Shown: positions 9,605 to 19,024 of the stretch, in pieces
Position numbering within the stretch: the stretch's first letter is position 1
Layout: every line of letters begins with the position of its first letter
From: an uncultured Candidatus Woesearchaeota archaeon
GTDB taxonomy: Archaea > Nanobdellota > Nanobdellia > Woesearchaeales > DSVV01
Reading direction: 5' to 3'
DNA: 64,000 bases
NCBI GenBank assembly: GCA_963717515.1
Contig: OY970338.1
Location: forward strand, 670,882 to 734,881
The notes under the pieces: model-generated
What the model saw: only the letters and a program-made list of their open reading frames with translations
Told to the model about the DNA's origin: nothing
Database searches by the model: none
Translations under genes and position numbers: made by a program

Positions 9605-10732
9605 ATGGGGATAAACTACGGGAAGCAGAGCATCGACGAAGAGGACATAAAGGCAGTTTCTGACGTGCTTAAGAGTGATTTTTTGACCACAGGGCCTCTT
9701 GTGGACAGGTTCGAGAAGAGTTTTGCGGAGTTTGTCGGAGCGAGGTTCGCAGTCGCTGTCAGCAACGGCACCGCCGCCCTGCACCTTGCCTGCCTGGCAG
9801 CGGGCGTGAAGGGAGGGGAGGTCATAACATCGCCGATAACATTTGCCGCCAGCGCAAACTGCGCGCTTTACTGCGGGGCAAGGCCGGTGTTCGCCGACAT
9901 CGACAAGCACGGCCTGATAAGCCCCGAAGAGGTCGAAAAATCAGTGACCACGAAGACCAGGGCCGTGATACCAGTGCATCTTGCAGGACTGCCTTGCGAC
10001 ATGGAGCAAATCTCAGCAATCGCAAAAAAGCACGGCCTCACAGTCATAGAGGACTGCTCCCACGCGCTCGGGGCAGCGTACAAAGGCTCAAGGATAGGCG
10101 ACTGCAGGCACTCGGACATGTGCACTTTCAGCTTCCATCCTGTCAAGCTCATGACAACCGGGGAAGGCGGCATGATAACGACTAATTCGGAAAAGCTTTA
10201 CAAGAGGCTGAAAATGCTCAGGAACCACGGCATCACAAAGGATCCTAAGCAGTTCACTGGCAAGGCGGACGGCCCCTGGTATCATGAGATCCAGGAGCTC
10301 GGGTACAACTACAGGCTGACTGACATCCAGTGCGCTCTCGGCCTGGGACAGCTATCCAAGGCTGAAAAGTTCGTCAGGGACAGGCAAAAGATTGCTGGGA
10401 AGTATCAAAAAGAGCTCGGACCATTCAAGGAGATAGAGCTCATCGGGGTTCCGAAAGACCGGACCCATGCATATCATCTCTTCATCATGATGCTCGACGG
10501 ACCCAAAAAGAGGCTTGCGATGTTCGAGCACCTCTCAAGAAACGGCATAAGCTGCCAAGTGCACTACATTCCTGTGTACTACCATCCTTTGTACCAGGGA
10601 CTTGGCTACGAAAGGGGGCTCTGCCAAAGAGCAGAGGAATTCTACAGCAGGATACTCAGCATACCGATCTATCCCGGTCTGACTGATGAGCAGGCTGATA
10701 TGATAATCCGCAAAATCAAGGTTTTTTTCTGA
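9605..10732 (+). CDS. pseC: DegT/DnrJ/EryC1 aminotransferase, PseC-like (UDP-4-amino-4,6-dideoxy-hexose transaminase)
   Basis: INYGKQSIDEEDIKAVSDVLKSDFLTTGP, AVSNGTAALHLA and FSFHPVKLMTTGEGG (PLP lysine). Confidence 0.85.
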   Translation: MGINYGKQSIDEEDIKAVSDVLKSDFLTTGPLVDRFEKSFAEFVGARFAVAVSNGTAALHLACLAAGVKGGEVITSPITFAASANCALYCGARPVFADIDKHGLISPEEVEKSVTTKTRAVIPVHLAGLPCDMEQISAIAKKHGLTVIEDCSHALGAAYKGSRIGDCRHSDMCTFSFHPVKLMTTGEGGMITTNSEKLYKRLKMLRNHGITKDPKQFTGKADGPWYHEIQELGYNYRLTDIQCALGLGQLSKAEKFVRDRQKIAGKYQKELGPFKEIELIGVPKDRTHAYHLFIMMLDGPKKRLAMFEHLSRNGISCQVHYIPVYYHPLYQGLGYERGLCQRAEEFYSRILSIPIYPGLTDEQADMIIRKIKVFF

Positions 10733-10786
10733 TGCATGATTAATATTGTTTTTTTCTGAATCAAATGCGGACAGATCCATGCACTG

Positions 10787-11572
10787 TCAGAAATACCTGG
10801 GCCGCCTCGGGGTCTTTATGTCATAGAATACAGGCTCTCTCACGTCTATTCCCGCTTCCTTCATGTAATTCTTTGCCTTCTTCGTGCTCTGATCTGAATA
10901 ATGGAATATGTTCGCTGCAGACACAGCATCAGCTCCGGCCTCTATCCCCTCGACAAAATGCTTCCATTCCCCCACTCCGCCTGAAGCGATGACAGGGATG
11001 CTGACCGCCTCCGCAACATCGCTTATCAGCCTTAGATCGTACCCTTTTCCCTGCCCGTCCTGCTCGATCGATGTGAGAAAAATCTCGCCTGCGCCCATAT
11101 CCTCGCATCTCTTTGCCCAGGCGGCAGGTTTCAGCCCTGTAGCCTCTGATCCCTGGGCAACATACACCCCGTCATCCTTTGCATCGATGGAGACGACTAT
11201 GCACTGGTTTCCGAACATCCTGGCCCCCTCAGTCACCAGGCTGTTGTCCCTGAATGCCATGGTGTTGATGACCACCTTGTCTGCCCCGGATGCGAGAAGC
11301 TGCCTGATATCCTTGACTGAATCTATGAACCCGCCGACGCTTAAGGGGACAAAGCATCTCTTGGAGATCTCGCTTATGGAATCAACGAACTTGTCCTTTC
11401 TCGGCTCCTTCCTTGTCACGTTTAGTATGACTATCTCGTCGATTGCCCAGTTGTTGAAGAACTCGACAGCGACAAAAGCGTTGCCCACTGCATTGGTATG
11501 CCTGAAATTCCTGCTCTGCACGAGTATTCCGTCCTTCCACAATAGGCATGCGATAAGCCTGTTCTTAACCAT
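10787..11572 (-). CDS. HisF-like cyclase subunit of a glycan-pathway amidotransferase (WbuZ-like)
   Basis: 261 aa with a HisF-type (beta/alpha)8 sequence (RLIACLLWKDG, ASGGVG). Overlaps the hisH-like gene and sits with the WbuX-like gene, not with his genes. Confidence 0.75.
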   Translation of the reverse strand: MVKNRLIACLLWKDGILVQSRNFRHTNAVGNAFVAVEFFNNWAIDEIVILNVTRKEPRKDKFVDSISEISKRCFVPLSVGGFIDSVKDIRQLLASGADKVVINTMAFRDNSLVTEGARMFGNQCIVVSIDAKDDGVYVAQGSEATGLKPAAWAKRCEDMGAGEIFLTSIEQDGQGKGYDLRLISDVAEAVSIPVIASGGVGEWKHFVEGIEAGADAVSAANIFHYSDQSTKKAKNYMKEAGIDVREPVFYDIKTPRRPRYF

Positions 11573-12188
11573 TTTTCACGAACCTTACGAAATTCTTCAG
11601 GAGCATCAGCCCTGCGCCCTGGCTCTTTTCCGGATGGAACTGGACCCCGATGATGTTGCCCTTCTGCACCCCGGCGATCAGCTTCTCTGCATGGAACGTG
11701 GTGGCAATCACCGAATCTTTCTCCTCGGCATCAAAGAAATAGCTGTGGACATAATAGAATACCCCGCTTTTCCCTAGGCCGGAGAATATGGGCGCTTCCT
11801 CCCTGAGCTCAGTGTCGTTCCAGCCCATGTGCGGAATCTTGAAGCCGTCAACATGCCTGATCTTCCTCACCCGGCCCTTCATCCAGCCGAATCCCCTGCA
11901 AAGGCCGTGCTCCTCGCTCTCTTCCCCGAGGAACTGCATGCCGAGGCATATCCCGAGATAAGGCTTCTTCTTTTCCAATACCTCGGATTCCAGGGCATCC
12001 TTCATCCCCATCCTCTCAAGCTTGCCCATGCCGTCGGCAAACGCGCCCACCCCGGGCAGGATCATGCCGTCCGCCTTCGGCAGGTCTGAAGGGTCGGAGC
12101 ATATGAAAAATTCAGTGCCAAGTGCCTCCAGGGCATTGGCAACCGACCTGAGGTTGCTCGCCCCGTAGTCGATGATGGCTATCATCAT
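11565..12188 (-). CDS. HisH-like class I glutamine amidotransferase (WbuY-like)
   Basis: MIAIIDYGASNLRSV, GICLGMQ (nucleophile Cys) and a VHSYF/QFHPEKS tail. ATGA overlap with the upstream gene. Confidence 0.8.
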   Translation of the reverse strand: MMIAIIDYGASNLRSVANALEALGTEFFICSDPSDLPKADGMILPGVGAFADGMGKLERMGMKDALESEVLEKKKPYLGICLGMQFLGEESEEHGLCRGFGWMKGRVRKIRHVDGFKIPHMGWNDTELREEAPIFSGLGKSGVFYYVHSYFFDAEEKDSVIATTFHAEKLIAGVQKGNIIGVQFHPEKSQGAGLMLLKNFVRFVKNG

Positions 12189-13450
12189 AACCAGATGTAT
12201 TCCTTGTCCTCCTCGACATGGTCGTCCCGGGAGTAATACGGGCTTTTCGTAGGCGCGATGGGCTTCCTGTCCTCTTTGAGCTTGAGCCTTGCCTTTTCAA
12301 CTCCCTCGTCATGGACATGATTTGCCACGCTGTCCTTTGCTACCCAGACACCGTTCTTCTTCTCCCATATCGAGCTGTCACGCATTGGCTCTATCATGTC
12401 CAAGAACTTCTTCTCGTCCCAGCCCACGAACTTCAGCCAGATGTCAAGGTCGCTCGGCCTCACGTGGTCGTATTTCTTTACCATCTCGATGCCCTCTTCC
12501 CGGGTCATCCTTCCGTGGCGTATCTCCATGGACGCATCGTCTGTCGCCCTGCCGTACCCGAACTTGAGGTACTTCAGGTAATCATGCGTTCCGTTGGCAT
12601 GGATGTCGTCCAGCTTGTCATAAAGGTGGAATGTCCTCTCGCGCTTTTGGGCTGTCTCGAAATTGAACTTGTCTATCATCAGCTTCGTGTGCTTCCTTGC
12701 ATCCCAGGGGACGAAATTCGCGAGGAATATGCCCCTCACGCCCACCCTCTCGATATCCTCGTTGCTGGGATAGTAGAACGGGTCAAGGTCGTCTTCTGTT
12801 ATCCCGGGGTTTTCCGGGTCTTCCAGGATGTCGTCGGGCTCAAACCCCCTCATGCTATGGTCCCTCCTGTCCTTCTTTGAGAACTCCAGCATGTCTTCCT
12901 GGTTGTACATGCCGAGCATGTCGGAAAACCCGTGCTCGCCCCAGATGATGAGGGGGATCCTGTACATGACTGCAGCCTTGATGGGAAAAGTGGTGATGCC
13001 CGCATGGTAGTGCCAGGTCAGGTCCCCTACCTTCTTGACCATGAATGTCGACAACTTTCTCGCGCTCTCGGGATTGGTCGTGAACCTGAGGATGTCAACA
13101 CCGAACTGCGTTGTCATGTTAGTGAGATTCCTGATTCCCCTCTTTGTATTGAAGCCGTGGTTATAGCATACGAGGAGCGGATTGTAACCGAGCAGCTTCT
13201 TTATCACATAGGTCTGGAAATGGCTGTCCTTTCCTCCGCTGACAGGTATGATGCAGTCGTATTTCGACCCGTTCGCCCTCGCTTTCTTGCTGTACTCCTT
13301 CAGGATCTCCTTGAGCTTTTCCATCTGCTTGTCCCAGTCAATCTTTGGCCTTGACTCATGAAGCCTGCATCCGCTGCAGACACCCTCTTCGTCAAATATT
13401 ATGGCTGGTTTAGCATTCTCAGGATATACGCACCTTGCACAATATCTCAT
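12185..13450 (-). CDS. N-acetyl sugar amidotransferase (WbuX/PseA-like PP-loop enzyme)
   Basis: Zinc ribbon CARCVYP...CSGCR and PP-loop IPVSGGKDSHFQ. Start placed at MRYCARC (13450), which is preceded by GGGTGATATA. The track start at 13483 lies inside the TATA region. Confidence 0.75.
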   Translation of the reverse strand: MRYCARCVYPENAKPAIIFDEEGVCSGCRLHESRPKIDWDKQMEKLKEILKEYSKKARANGSKYDCIIPVSGGKDSHFQTYVIKKLLGYNPLLVCYNHGFNTKRGIRNLTNMTTQFGVDILRFTTNPESARKLSTFMVKKVGDLTWHYHAGITTFPIKAAVMYRIPLIIWGEHGFSDMLGMYNQEDMLEFSKKDRRDHSMRGFEPDDILEDPENPGITEDDLDPFYYPSNEDIERVGVRGIFLANFVPWDARKHTKLMIDKFNFETAQKRERTFHLYDKLDDIHANGTHDYLKYLKFGYGRATDDASMEIRHGRMTREEGIEMVKKYDHVRPSDLDIWLKFVGWDEKKFLDMIEPMRDSSIWEKKNGVWVAKDSVANHVHDEGVEKARLKLKEDRKPIAPTKSPYYSRDDHVEEDKEYIWL

Positions 13451-13562
13451 TATATCACCCTCACATGGCCTAATTATCGCCATTTATATATTTTATTAAT
13501 GTGAATTTAATCGATATCTGCAATCCATAACTTATTTAAATGCTTATCCAATACTTTGCGCC

Positions 13563-14243
13563 ATGCTCATGGCAATAATCCCTGCAAGAGGAGGCTCAAA
13601 GAGGTTCCCGAGAAAGAACATCGCGCTGCTTGACGGCAGGCCCCTTCTGCACTATGCAGTTGAAGCGGCAAAAAAGGCAGCGATATTCGACAGGATCGTC
13701 GTATCGACAGACGATAAAGAGATAGCAGGTATCGCCGAAGGACTCGGGGCGGAAGTACTGATGAGAGATGCCGAGCTCGGAAGCGATGACGCGACTGTGC
13801 CGCAGGTATGCATAGATGTCATATCAAAGTATGAAAAGAAGGGCGTTGAAGTCGGGAACATCTGCATCCTTCTGCCCACCAGCCCCCTGAGGGCCGGTGA
13901 TGACATCAGGAAAGCATTCGAGCTGTTCGAATCCTCAGGAGCTGACTATCTCATGTCCATAACAGACTACAGGTATTCACCATTCAGGGCGCTCAAGAAG
14001 ACGGGGGACGGGTTTCTCAATCCGCTTTACGGCAGTGAATACCTGACCCAGGACCAGAAGAATCCCAAAGTCTTTGTCCACGACGGCTCCATAATTTTCG
14101 CAAGAGCAGCCCAGCTCAGGAAGGACAGGACATACTACGGTGAGAGGATAGTCGGATACTACATACCCCCGAAGAGGACCGTCGACATAAACGAGCCTTT
14201 CGACCTCGAGCTGGCAGAGTATCTAATCAGGAGAAGAAAATGA
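13563..14243 (+). CDS. CMP-nonulosonate synthetase (acylneuraminate cytidylyltransferase family, PseF/NeuA-like)
   Basis: AIIPARGGSKRFPRKNI, 226 aa. ATGA overlap with the next gene. Confidence 0.85.
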   Translation: MLMAIIPARGGSKRFPRKNIALLDGRPLLHYAVEAAKKAAIFDRIVVSTDDKEIAGIAEGLGAEVLMRDAELGSDDATVPQVCIDVISKYEKKGVEVGNICILLPTSPLRAGDDIRKAFELFESSGADYLMSITDYRYSPFRALKKTGDGFLNPLYGSEYLTQDQKNPKVFVHDGSIIFARAAQLRKDRTYYGERIVGYYIPPKRTVDINEPFDLELAEYLIRRRK

Positions 14244-15283
14244 AGAAAACCAAGAAATTGAGGATAGGCAACAGGACAGTGGGAGAAGGCGAGCCATGCT
14301 TCATCGTGCTTGAGGCAGGGCCTACAATATATGACTTTGAGTCAGGAAAGGCTCTGTGCAAAGCTGCAGCAGATTGTGGAGCAGATGCCATCAAGTTCCA
14401 GATAATGGATGTCGACAGGCTCATGGGCGACAAGTCCGTGGATTTCACATACGGGACAGCGGAAGGCAACGTGACAGAGAGATTATATGACATCCTCAAG
14501 AGAAGGGAGCTTCCCGTCGCGCAATGGAAGGAGCTAAAGAGGTACTGCGACGAGCTGGGCATATTGTTCTTCTCCACTGCGTTCTTCCCCGAAGAGGTGG
14601 AGCTGCTCAAGGAAATAGGTTCATGCGCAATCAAGATTGCAGCAGCAGACATAAACCACCCCTTCCTCATAGGATATGCGGCAAAAGCAGGCCTTCCTAT
14701 CATACTTGACGCGAGGGGGACACTCGAAGAGCTGGAGAGGGCTGTGAGCATCTGCAGGGGCAATGGGAACGACGATATTATGATAATGCACTGCCCGCCC
14801 GGCTACCCATGCAAGGATGAGGAGATAAACTTCTCTGTGCTGCGCTATCTCAAGGAAAAATTCGGCTGCCCTGTCGGGTTCTCCGACCATTCTGTCGATG
14901 CCCTTATGGATTACGCCTGCATGGGGTTTGGGGCAGACTGCATCGAGAAGACAATAACCCTTGACAAGACCACGAGGAGCGCCGAGCATTACATGTCCCT
15001 CGAGCCTCACGAGCTCAAGGGTTTTGTCGAGAACGTCCGCAAGATAGAGAGGGCTGTAGGCAGGCCTAAAGACGTGTTCGCGCTCAGGCCTGGGTTTGCG
15101 GGAAGGAGAAGCCTTGTGGCTTTCAAGGACCTCAAAAAAGGAGCAGTCTTGAAACTGGAGGATCTGGATTTCAGGAGGCCGGGCTCAGGCATAACAGCTG
15201 ACAGGTACGAGGAATTTCTGGGCAAGAGGCTCAGGACAGACGTCAGAAAAGACAATTTTTTGAAAGAAGACATGTTCGGATGA
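14240..15283 (+). CDS. NeuB-family nonulosonic acid synthase, copy 1
   Basis: GEPCFIVLEAG, GADAIKFQ and FSDHS, plus a C-terminal SAF-like domain (LDFRRPGSGI). Confidence 0.85.
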   Translation: MKKTKKLRIGNRTVGEGEPCFIVLEAGPTIYDFESGKALCKAAADCGADAIKFQIMDVDRLMGDKSVDFTYGTAEGNVTERLYDILKRRELPVAQWKELKRYCDELGILFFSTAFFPEEVELLKEIGSCAIKIAAADINHPFLIGYAAKAGLPIILDARGTLEELERAVSICRGNGNDDIMIMHCPPGYPCKDEEINFSVLRYLKEKFGCPVGFSDHSVDALMDYACMGFGADCIEKTITLDKTTRSAEHYMSLEPHELKGFVENVRKIERAVGRPKDVFALRPGFAGRRSLVAFKDLKKGAVLKLEDLDFRRPGSGITADRYEEFLGKRLRTDVRKDNFLKEDMFG

Positions 15284-16374
15284 GGGTAGTAAGGCATATG
15301 TTTAAATCGATTATAAGGATTGGAAAAAGGGCTGTGGGCGATGGTTCCCCCTGCTTTATGATAGCAGAAGCAGGGGCGAATTTCAGGATTTCCGACGACC
15401 CGGTCAAGAATTATGAGCAGGCATTGAGATTGATTGACATTGCAGCTGAAAGCGGGGCGGATGCTGTGAAATTCCAGGTCTACCGCGCAGAGAGGCTGTA
15501 TGTAAAGGACGCTGGCCACGCGGAATACATAGGGAAGAAAAAGAAGATATACGACATAATCAGGGAGATGGAACTGCCCTATGAATGGCTGCCGAAGCTC
15601 AAAAAGCACTGCGACGACAAGGGCATCATGTTCCTTGCGACGCCTTTTGACAGCGCTTCTGCTGACGAGCTTGAGAAGATAGGCATGGACGCCTACAAGA
15701 CTGCATCCTATTCCATAACAGATTTCCCGCTCCTCAAACAAATCGCAGGCAAGGGAAAGCCGGTGATAATGTCGACAGGGGCATCTGAAATGAATGATGT
15801 CGGCAAAGCTGTTGATTATATCAAAAAATGCGGAAACGATGACATCATCCTGCTGCAGTGCACAGCAAAATACCCTGCACCGATGTCAGCCATGAACCTG
15901 AGTGTCATACCGAAGATGAAAAATGAGTTCAGCTGTCCTGTCGGTCTCTCTGACCATTCGAGAGAGCCTCTCATCGCACCGCTCGGCGCTGTCGCGCTCG
16001 GCGCATCTGTAATCGAGAAACATTTCACCACAGACAACAACCTGCCTGGCCCGGACCATGGTTTTGCCATCCTGCCTTATGAACTGAAGGAGCTTGTCAT
16101 GAGCATCCATAAGCTTGAGCAGGCGCTCGGCACAGGCAGGAAGAAGGTGGATGATGCTGAAAAAGAGCTGCACAGCTTTGCCAGGCATTTCATATATTCG
16201 ACAAAGCCTATCAAAAAAGGCGAGAGGTTCACCAGGGAAAACATAGGCGTGCTCAGGCCGGGAAAAAAAGAGCACGGGCTCGAGCCCGACCATTATGAAG
16301 AGCTTCTCGGCAGGACAGCAGCAAGGGACATCGGCCTGCAGGAGCCGATAAGAGAGGGGGATGCGGATGGATGA
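15280..16374 (+). CDS. NeuB-family nonulosonic acid synthase, copy 2
   Basis: SPCFMIAEAGANF, GADAVKFQ and LSDHS, plus a C-terminal SAF-like domain (GVLRPGKKEHGLEP). ATGA overlap with copy 1. Confidence 0.85.
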   Translation: MRVVRHMFKSIIRIGKRAVGDGSPCFMIAEAGANFRISDDPVKNYEQALRLIDIAAESGADAVKFQVYRAERLYVKDAGHAEYIGKKKKIYDIIREMELPYEWLPKLKKHCDDKGIMFLATPFDSASADELEKIGMDAYKTASYSITDFPLLKQIAGKGKPVIMSTGASEMNDVGKAVDYIKKCGNDDIILLQCTAKYPAPMSAMNLSVIPKMKNEFSCPVGLSDHSREPLIAPLGAVALGASVIEKHFTTDNNLPGPDHGFAILPYELKELVMSIHKLEQALGTGRKKVDDAEKELHSFARHFIYSTKPIKKGERFTRENIGVLRPGKKEHGLEPDHYEELLGRTAARDIGLQEPIREGDADG

Positions 16375-16825
16375 CTACATATTTTTGAGGTTCGCGACAC
16401 GCGAGGATTCAGACGACCTTTTCAGGTGGAGAAACGACCCTGTCACGAGGAAATACTCTTTCAACACCGCCAAGGTGCCCAAGAAGGACCATGTGAGATG
16501 GTTCAGCAGTTCGCTCTCCAATCCCAGGAGGAACATGTTCATTGTCCTTGACAGGGAAAACAACAAGCTCGGCCAGGTGAGGTTCGACAGGGAGGGAAGG
16601 CATGCAGAGATAGACATCGCGATCGCTCCTGAGTCAAGGAGCAGGGGTATAGGTACCAGGGTGCTGAAAGAATCTGCAAGGTTCTACCTGGACAATTTTG
16701 ACGTGGATTATATCATCGCCAATATCAAGCACGAGAACATCGCCTCTGTAAGGGCGTTCGAGAAGAGCGGATACAGGCTTTTCAAGGACCATGGGGAATT
16801 TGTCGAACTGAGGTACGGAAGATGA
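16361..16825 (+). CDS. GNAT N-acetyltransferase, PseH-like
   Basis: 154 aa. FRWRNDPVTRKYSF and the acetyl-CoA loop RSRGIGTRVL. Confidence 0.7.
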   Translation: MRMDDYIFLRFATREDSDDLFRWRNDPVTRKYSFNTAKVPKKDHVRWFSSSLSNPRRNMFIVLDRENNKLGQVRFDREGRHAEIDIAIAPESRSRGIGTRVLKESARFYLDNFDVDYIIANIKHENIASVRAFEKSGYRLFKDHGEFVELRYGR

Positions 16826-17553
16826 GCCTGACTGACGAGACCAGGGTAGAGGACAAGAAGAACATCGTGGTAGTTACTATCAAGTCATGGAATGTCGGGA
16901 ATTTCAGGAAGATAGAAAAAGAGCTTGAGGGGTATAACTGGACACTCATGGAGGACAAGGAGGACCTGACATACGAGAGGCTGAAGGAACTGGACCCAGC
17001 ATATGTCTTCTTCCCTCACTGGTCATGGATAATCCCGAAAGATATCTATGAGAATTTCGAGTGCGTGGTCTTCCACATGACAGACCTTCCGTTCGGAAGG
17101 GGAGGAAGCCCGCTGCAGAACCTTATTTCAAGGGGTATTTACAAGACAAAGATATCGGCGATAAGGGTCGTCAGGGGACTTGATGCAGGCGACATATACA
17201 TGAAGAGGGACCTTGACCTTTCGAGAGGCAGCGCTGAAGAGATATTCAAAAAAGCGTCCGAAATAATATACAATATGATGGCAGAGATCATCAGGGACAG
17301 GCCGGCCCAAAAGAAGCAGGAAGGCGAGGTCGTCGAGTTCAAGAGGAGGACACCGGAAGAGAGCAGGATACCTGATGGTGCGCCCATATCCAAGGTCCAT
17401 GACTGGATAAGGATGCTCGACGGCGAGGGCTATCCGCCTGCGTTCATCGAGACAGGGGGCATCAGGATGGAGTTCTCGAATTCCAGGCTGTCGGACGGAA
17501 AAGTCAGGGCTCATGTGACAATCAAGGTGATGGAAGATGAAGAAAAACAATAA
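16822..17553 (+). CDS. Formyltransferase-domain protein (Fmt/PurN N-terminal fold)
   Basis: FHMTDLPFGRGGSPLQNLI and LDAGDIY match the HxSLLPxxRG / D.G.I formyltransferase core. Confidence 0.65.
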   Translation: MSLTDETRVEDKKNIVVVTIKSWNVGNFRKIEKELEGYNWTLMEDKEDLTYERLKELDPAYVFFPHWSWIIPKDIYENFECVVFHMTDLPFGRGGSPLQNLISRGIYKTKISAIRVVRGLDAGDIYMKRDLDLSRGSAEEIFKKASEIIYNMMAEIIRDRPAQKKQEGEVVEFKRRTPEESRIPDGAPISKVHDWIRMLDGEGYPPAFIETGGIRMEFSNSRLSDGKVRAHVTIKVMEDEEKQ

Positions 17554-18223
17554 GGTGCTCGTCATAGCTGCGCATCCGGATGACGAGGTGCTGGGCATAG
17601 GCGGAACAGTTCTCAGGCATGCCCTGTCGGGTGACGATGTCTACTGCTTAATCGCTGCTGAGGGCGTTACTTCACGGCTCGCGAAGGGAAAGAAAGCTGA
17701 TGCAGATGTCAAGAAGCTGCGAAAGGAGAGCCTCAATGCAGCTGACATACTGGGATTCAAAGAGGTCTTCTTCCTTGACTTCCCTGACAATGCAATGGAT
17801 TCAGTGCTGTTGCTGGATGTTGTCAAGGGGTTCGAGAAGGTCATGGGCAGGCTGAAGCCGGACATAATCTATACTCATCACGAGAACGACCTCAATATCG
17901 ACCACAGGATCTGCTTTCAGGCCGCGATGACAGCGGCAAGGCCGATTGGGAAGGATTGCGTGAAAAAGATATATGCTTTCGAGACTTTGTCGTCTACAGA
18001 ATGGCAGTCGAAGGGAGAGGGTGTCTTCAGGCCGAATGTCTACAATGATATCTCAGGAGTGATGGATGATAAGCTTAAGGCGATGAAGGCGTACAAGAGC
18101 GAGCTTCGGAAATATCCCCACCCGAGATCCCTTGAAGGCATAAGGATACTTGCACAGTTCAGGGGGCTGGAATCAGGGCTGGAACTTGCTGAGGCGCTGT
18201 GCCTGGTCAGAGAAATAGGATAA
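17537..18223 (+). CDS. PIG-L/LmbE-family N-acetyl-sugar deacetylase
   Basis: VLVIAAHPDDEVLGIGGT and a later HHENDLNIDH. Confidence 0.8.
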   Translation: MKKNNKVLVIAAHPDDEVLGIGGTVLRHALSGDDVYCLIAAEGVTSRLAKGKKADADVKKLRKESLNAADILGFKEVFFLDFPDNAMDSVLLLDVVKGFEKVMGRLKPDIIYTHHENDLNIDHRICFQAAMTAARPIGKDCVKKIYAFETLSSTEWQSKGEGVFRPNVYNDISGVMDDKLKAMKAYKSELRKYPHPRSLEGIRILAQFRGLESGLELAEALCLVREIG

Positions 18224-19017
18224 TGGACCTGCAAATGGGGGGAAAAAAGGGCAGGCTGGGGCTCAAGATATGGTCAATCAACCAGGAGTCCTTTACGAAG
18301 CTTGCCCAGTTCTGCAGAAAGAGGCTCATAGATTATGTCGAGCTCTACATCGTCCCTGGGTCATTCGATGAGAAGAAGCTTTCAGCTCTCAGGGGCATCC
18401 CGATAATCTTCCATGGACCCACCTATAACCAAAATTTCAGCATCACGAACAAGGACAGGGTCTTTTCTGAATCCATCGATTCTATCAGGAAATTCGCAAG
18501 CTTCTTTGACGAGAAGAGGATAATCTTCCACCCGGGTTATGTGATGGACAAAAAAAGGGACAATATCCAGGGACTTATTGAAAATCTTGGGGAGCTGATG
18601 CAGGAATTCGAAATCATCCTCGAGAACGCTCCTGCACTCGGCTACAAGGACAACATCAGACTTGTGATATCGCGGCCTGAGGATTATGATGAGGTCATAA
18701 AGAAGACCGGCTGCAGATTCTGCCTTGATTTCGGCCATGCAGTCGCAGCATCCAACACGCACAGGATAGACATGATGGAATTTGTCAGGCAATTCCAGAA
18801 ACTTGCACCATATATGTATCATCTGAGCGACAGCAGAAAAGAGAAAGAGGTCGATGAGCATCTGCACCTGGGCGAGGGCGACCTGCCTCTGAAGGAGCTT
18901 GTGGGACTGATACCTGAAGGTGCATATCTGTCCCTCGAGACGCCGAAGACAGATTTTCTGAATCTTTCAGAGGACCTGGAGAACCTGAAGAAGCTGAGAA
19001 GGCTGCTCTCGGATTGA
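18223..19017 (+). CDS. Xylose-isomerase-like TIM-barrel protein (sugar phosphate isomerase/epimerase family)
   Basis: About 264 aa with an IFHPGY...LENAP...DFGH...HLSD...E.HL pattern. Start taken at the TAATG overlap (18223). Confidence 0.55.
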   Translation: MDLQMGGKKGRLGLKIWSINQESFTKLAQFCRKRLIDYVELYIVPGSFDEKKLSALRGIPIIFHGPTYNQNFSITNKDRVFSESIDSIRKFASFFDEKRIIFHPGYVMDKKRDNIQGLIENLGELMQEFEIILENAPALGYKDNIRLVISRPEDYDEVIKKTGCRFCLDFGHAVAASNTHRIDMMEFVRQFQKLAPYMYHLSDSRKEKEVDEHLHLGEGDLPLKELVGLIPEGAYLSLETPKTDFLNLSEDLENLKKLRRLLSD

Positions 19018-19024
19018 ACCTGAT

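Noticed and set aside
10787-12188. HisF/HisH as histidine biosynthesis genes
   Set aside because: They overlap a WbuX-type sugar amidotransferase inside a glycan island and have no other his genes nearby. They are better read as WbuY/WbuZ-like.
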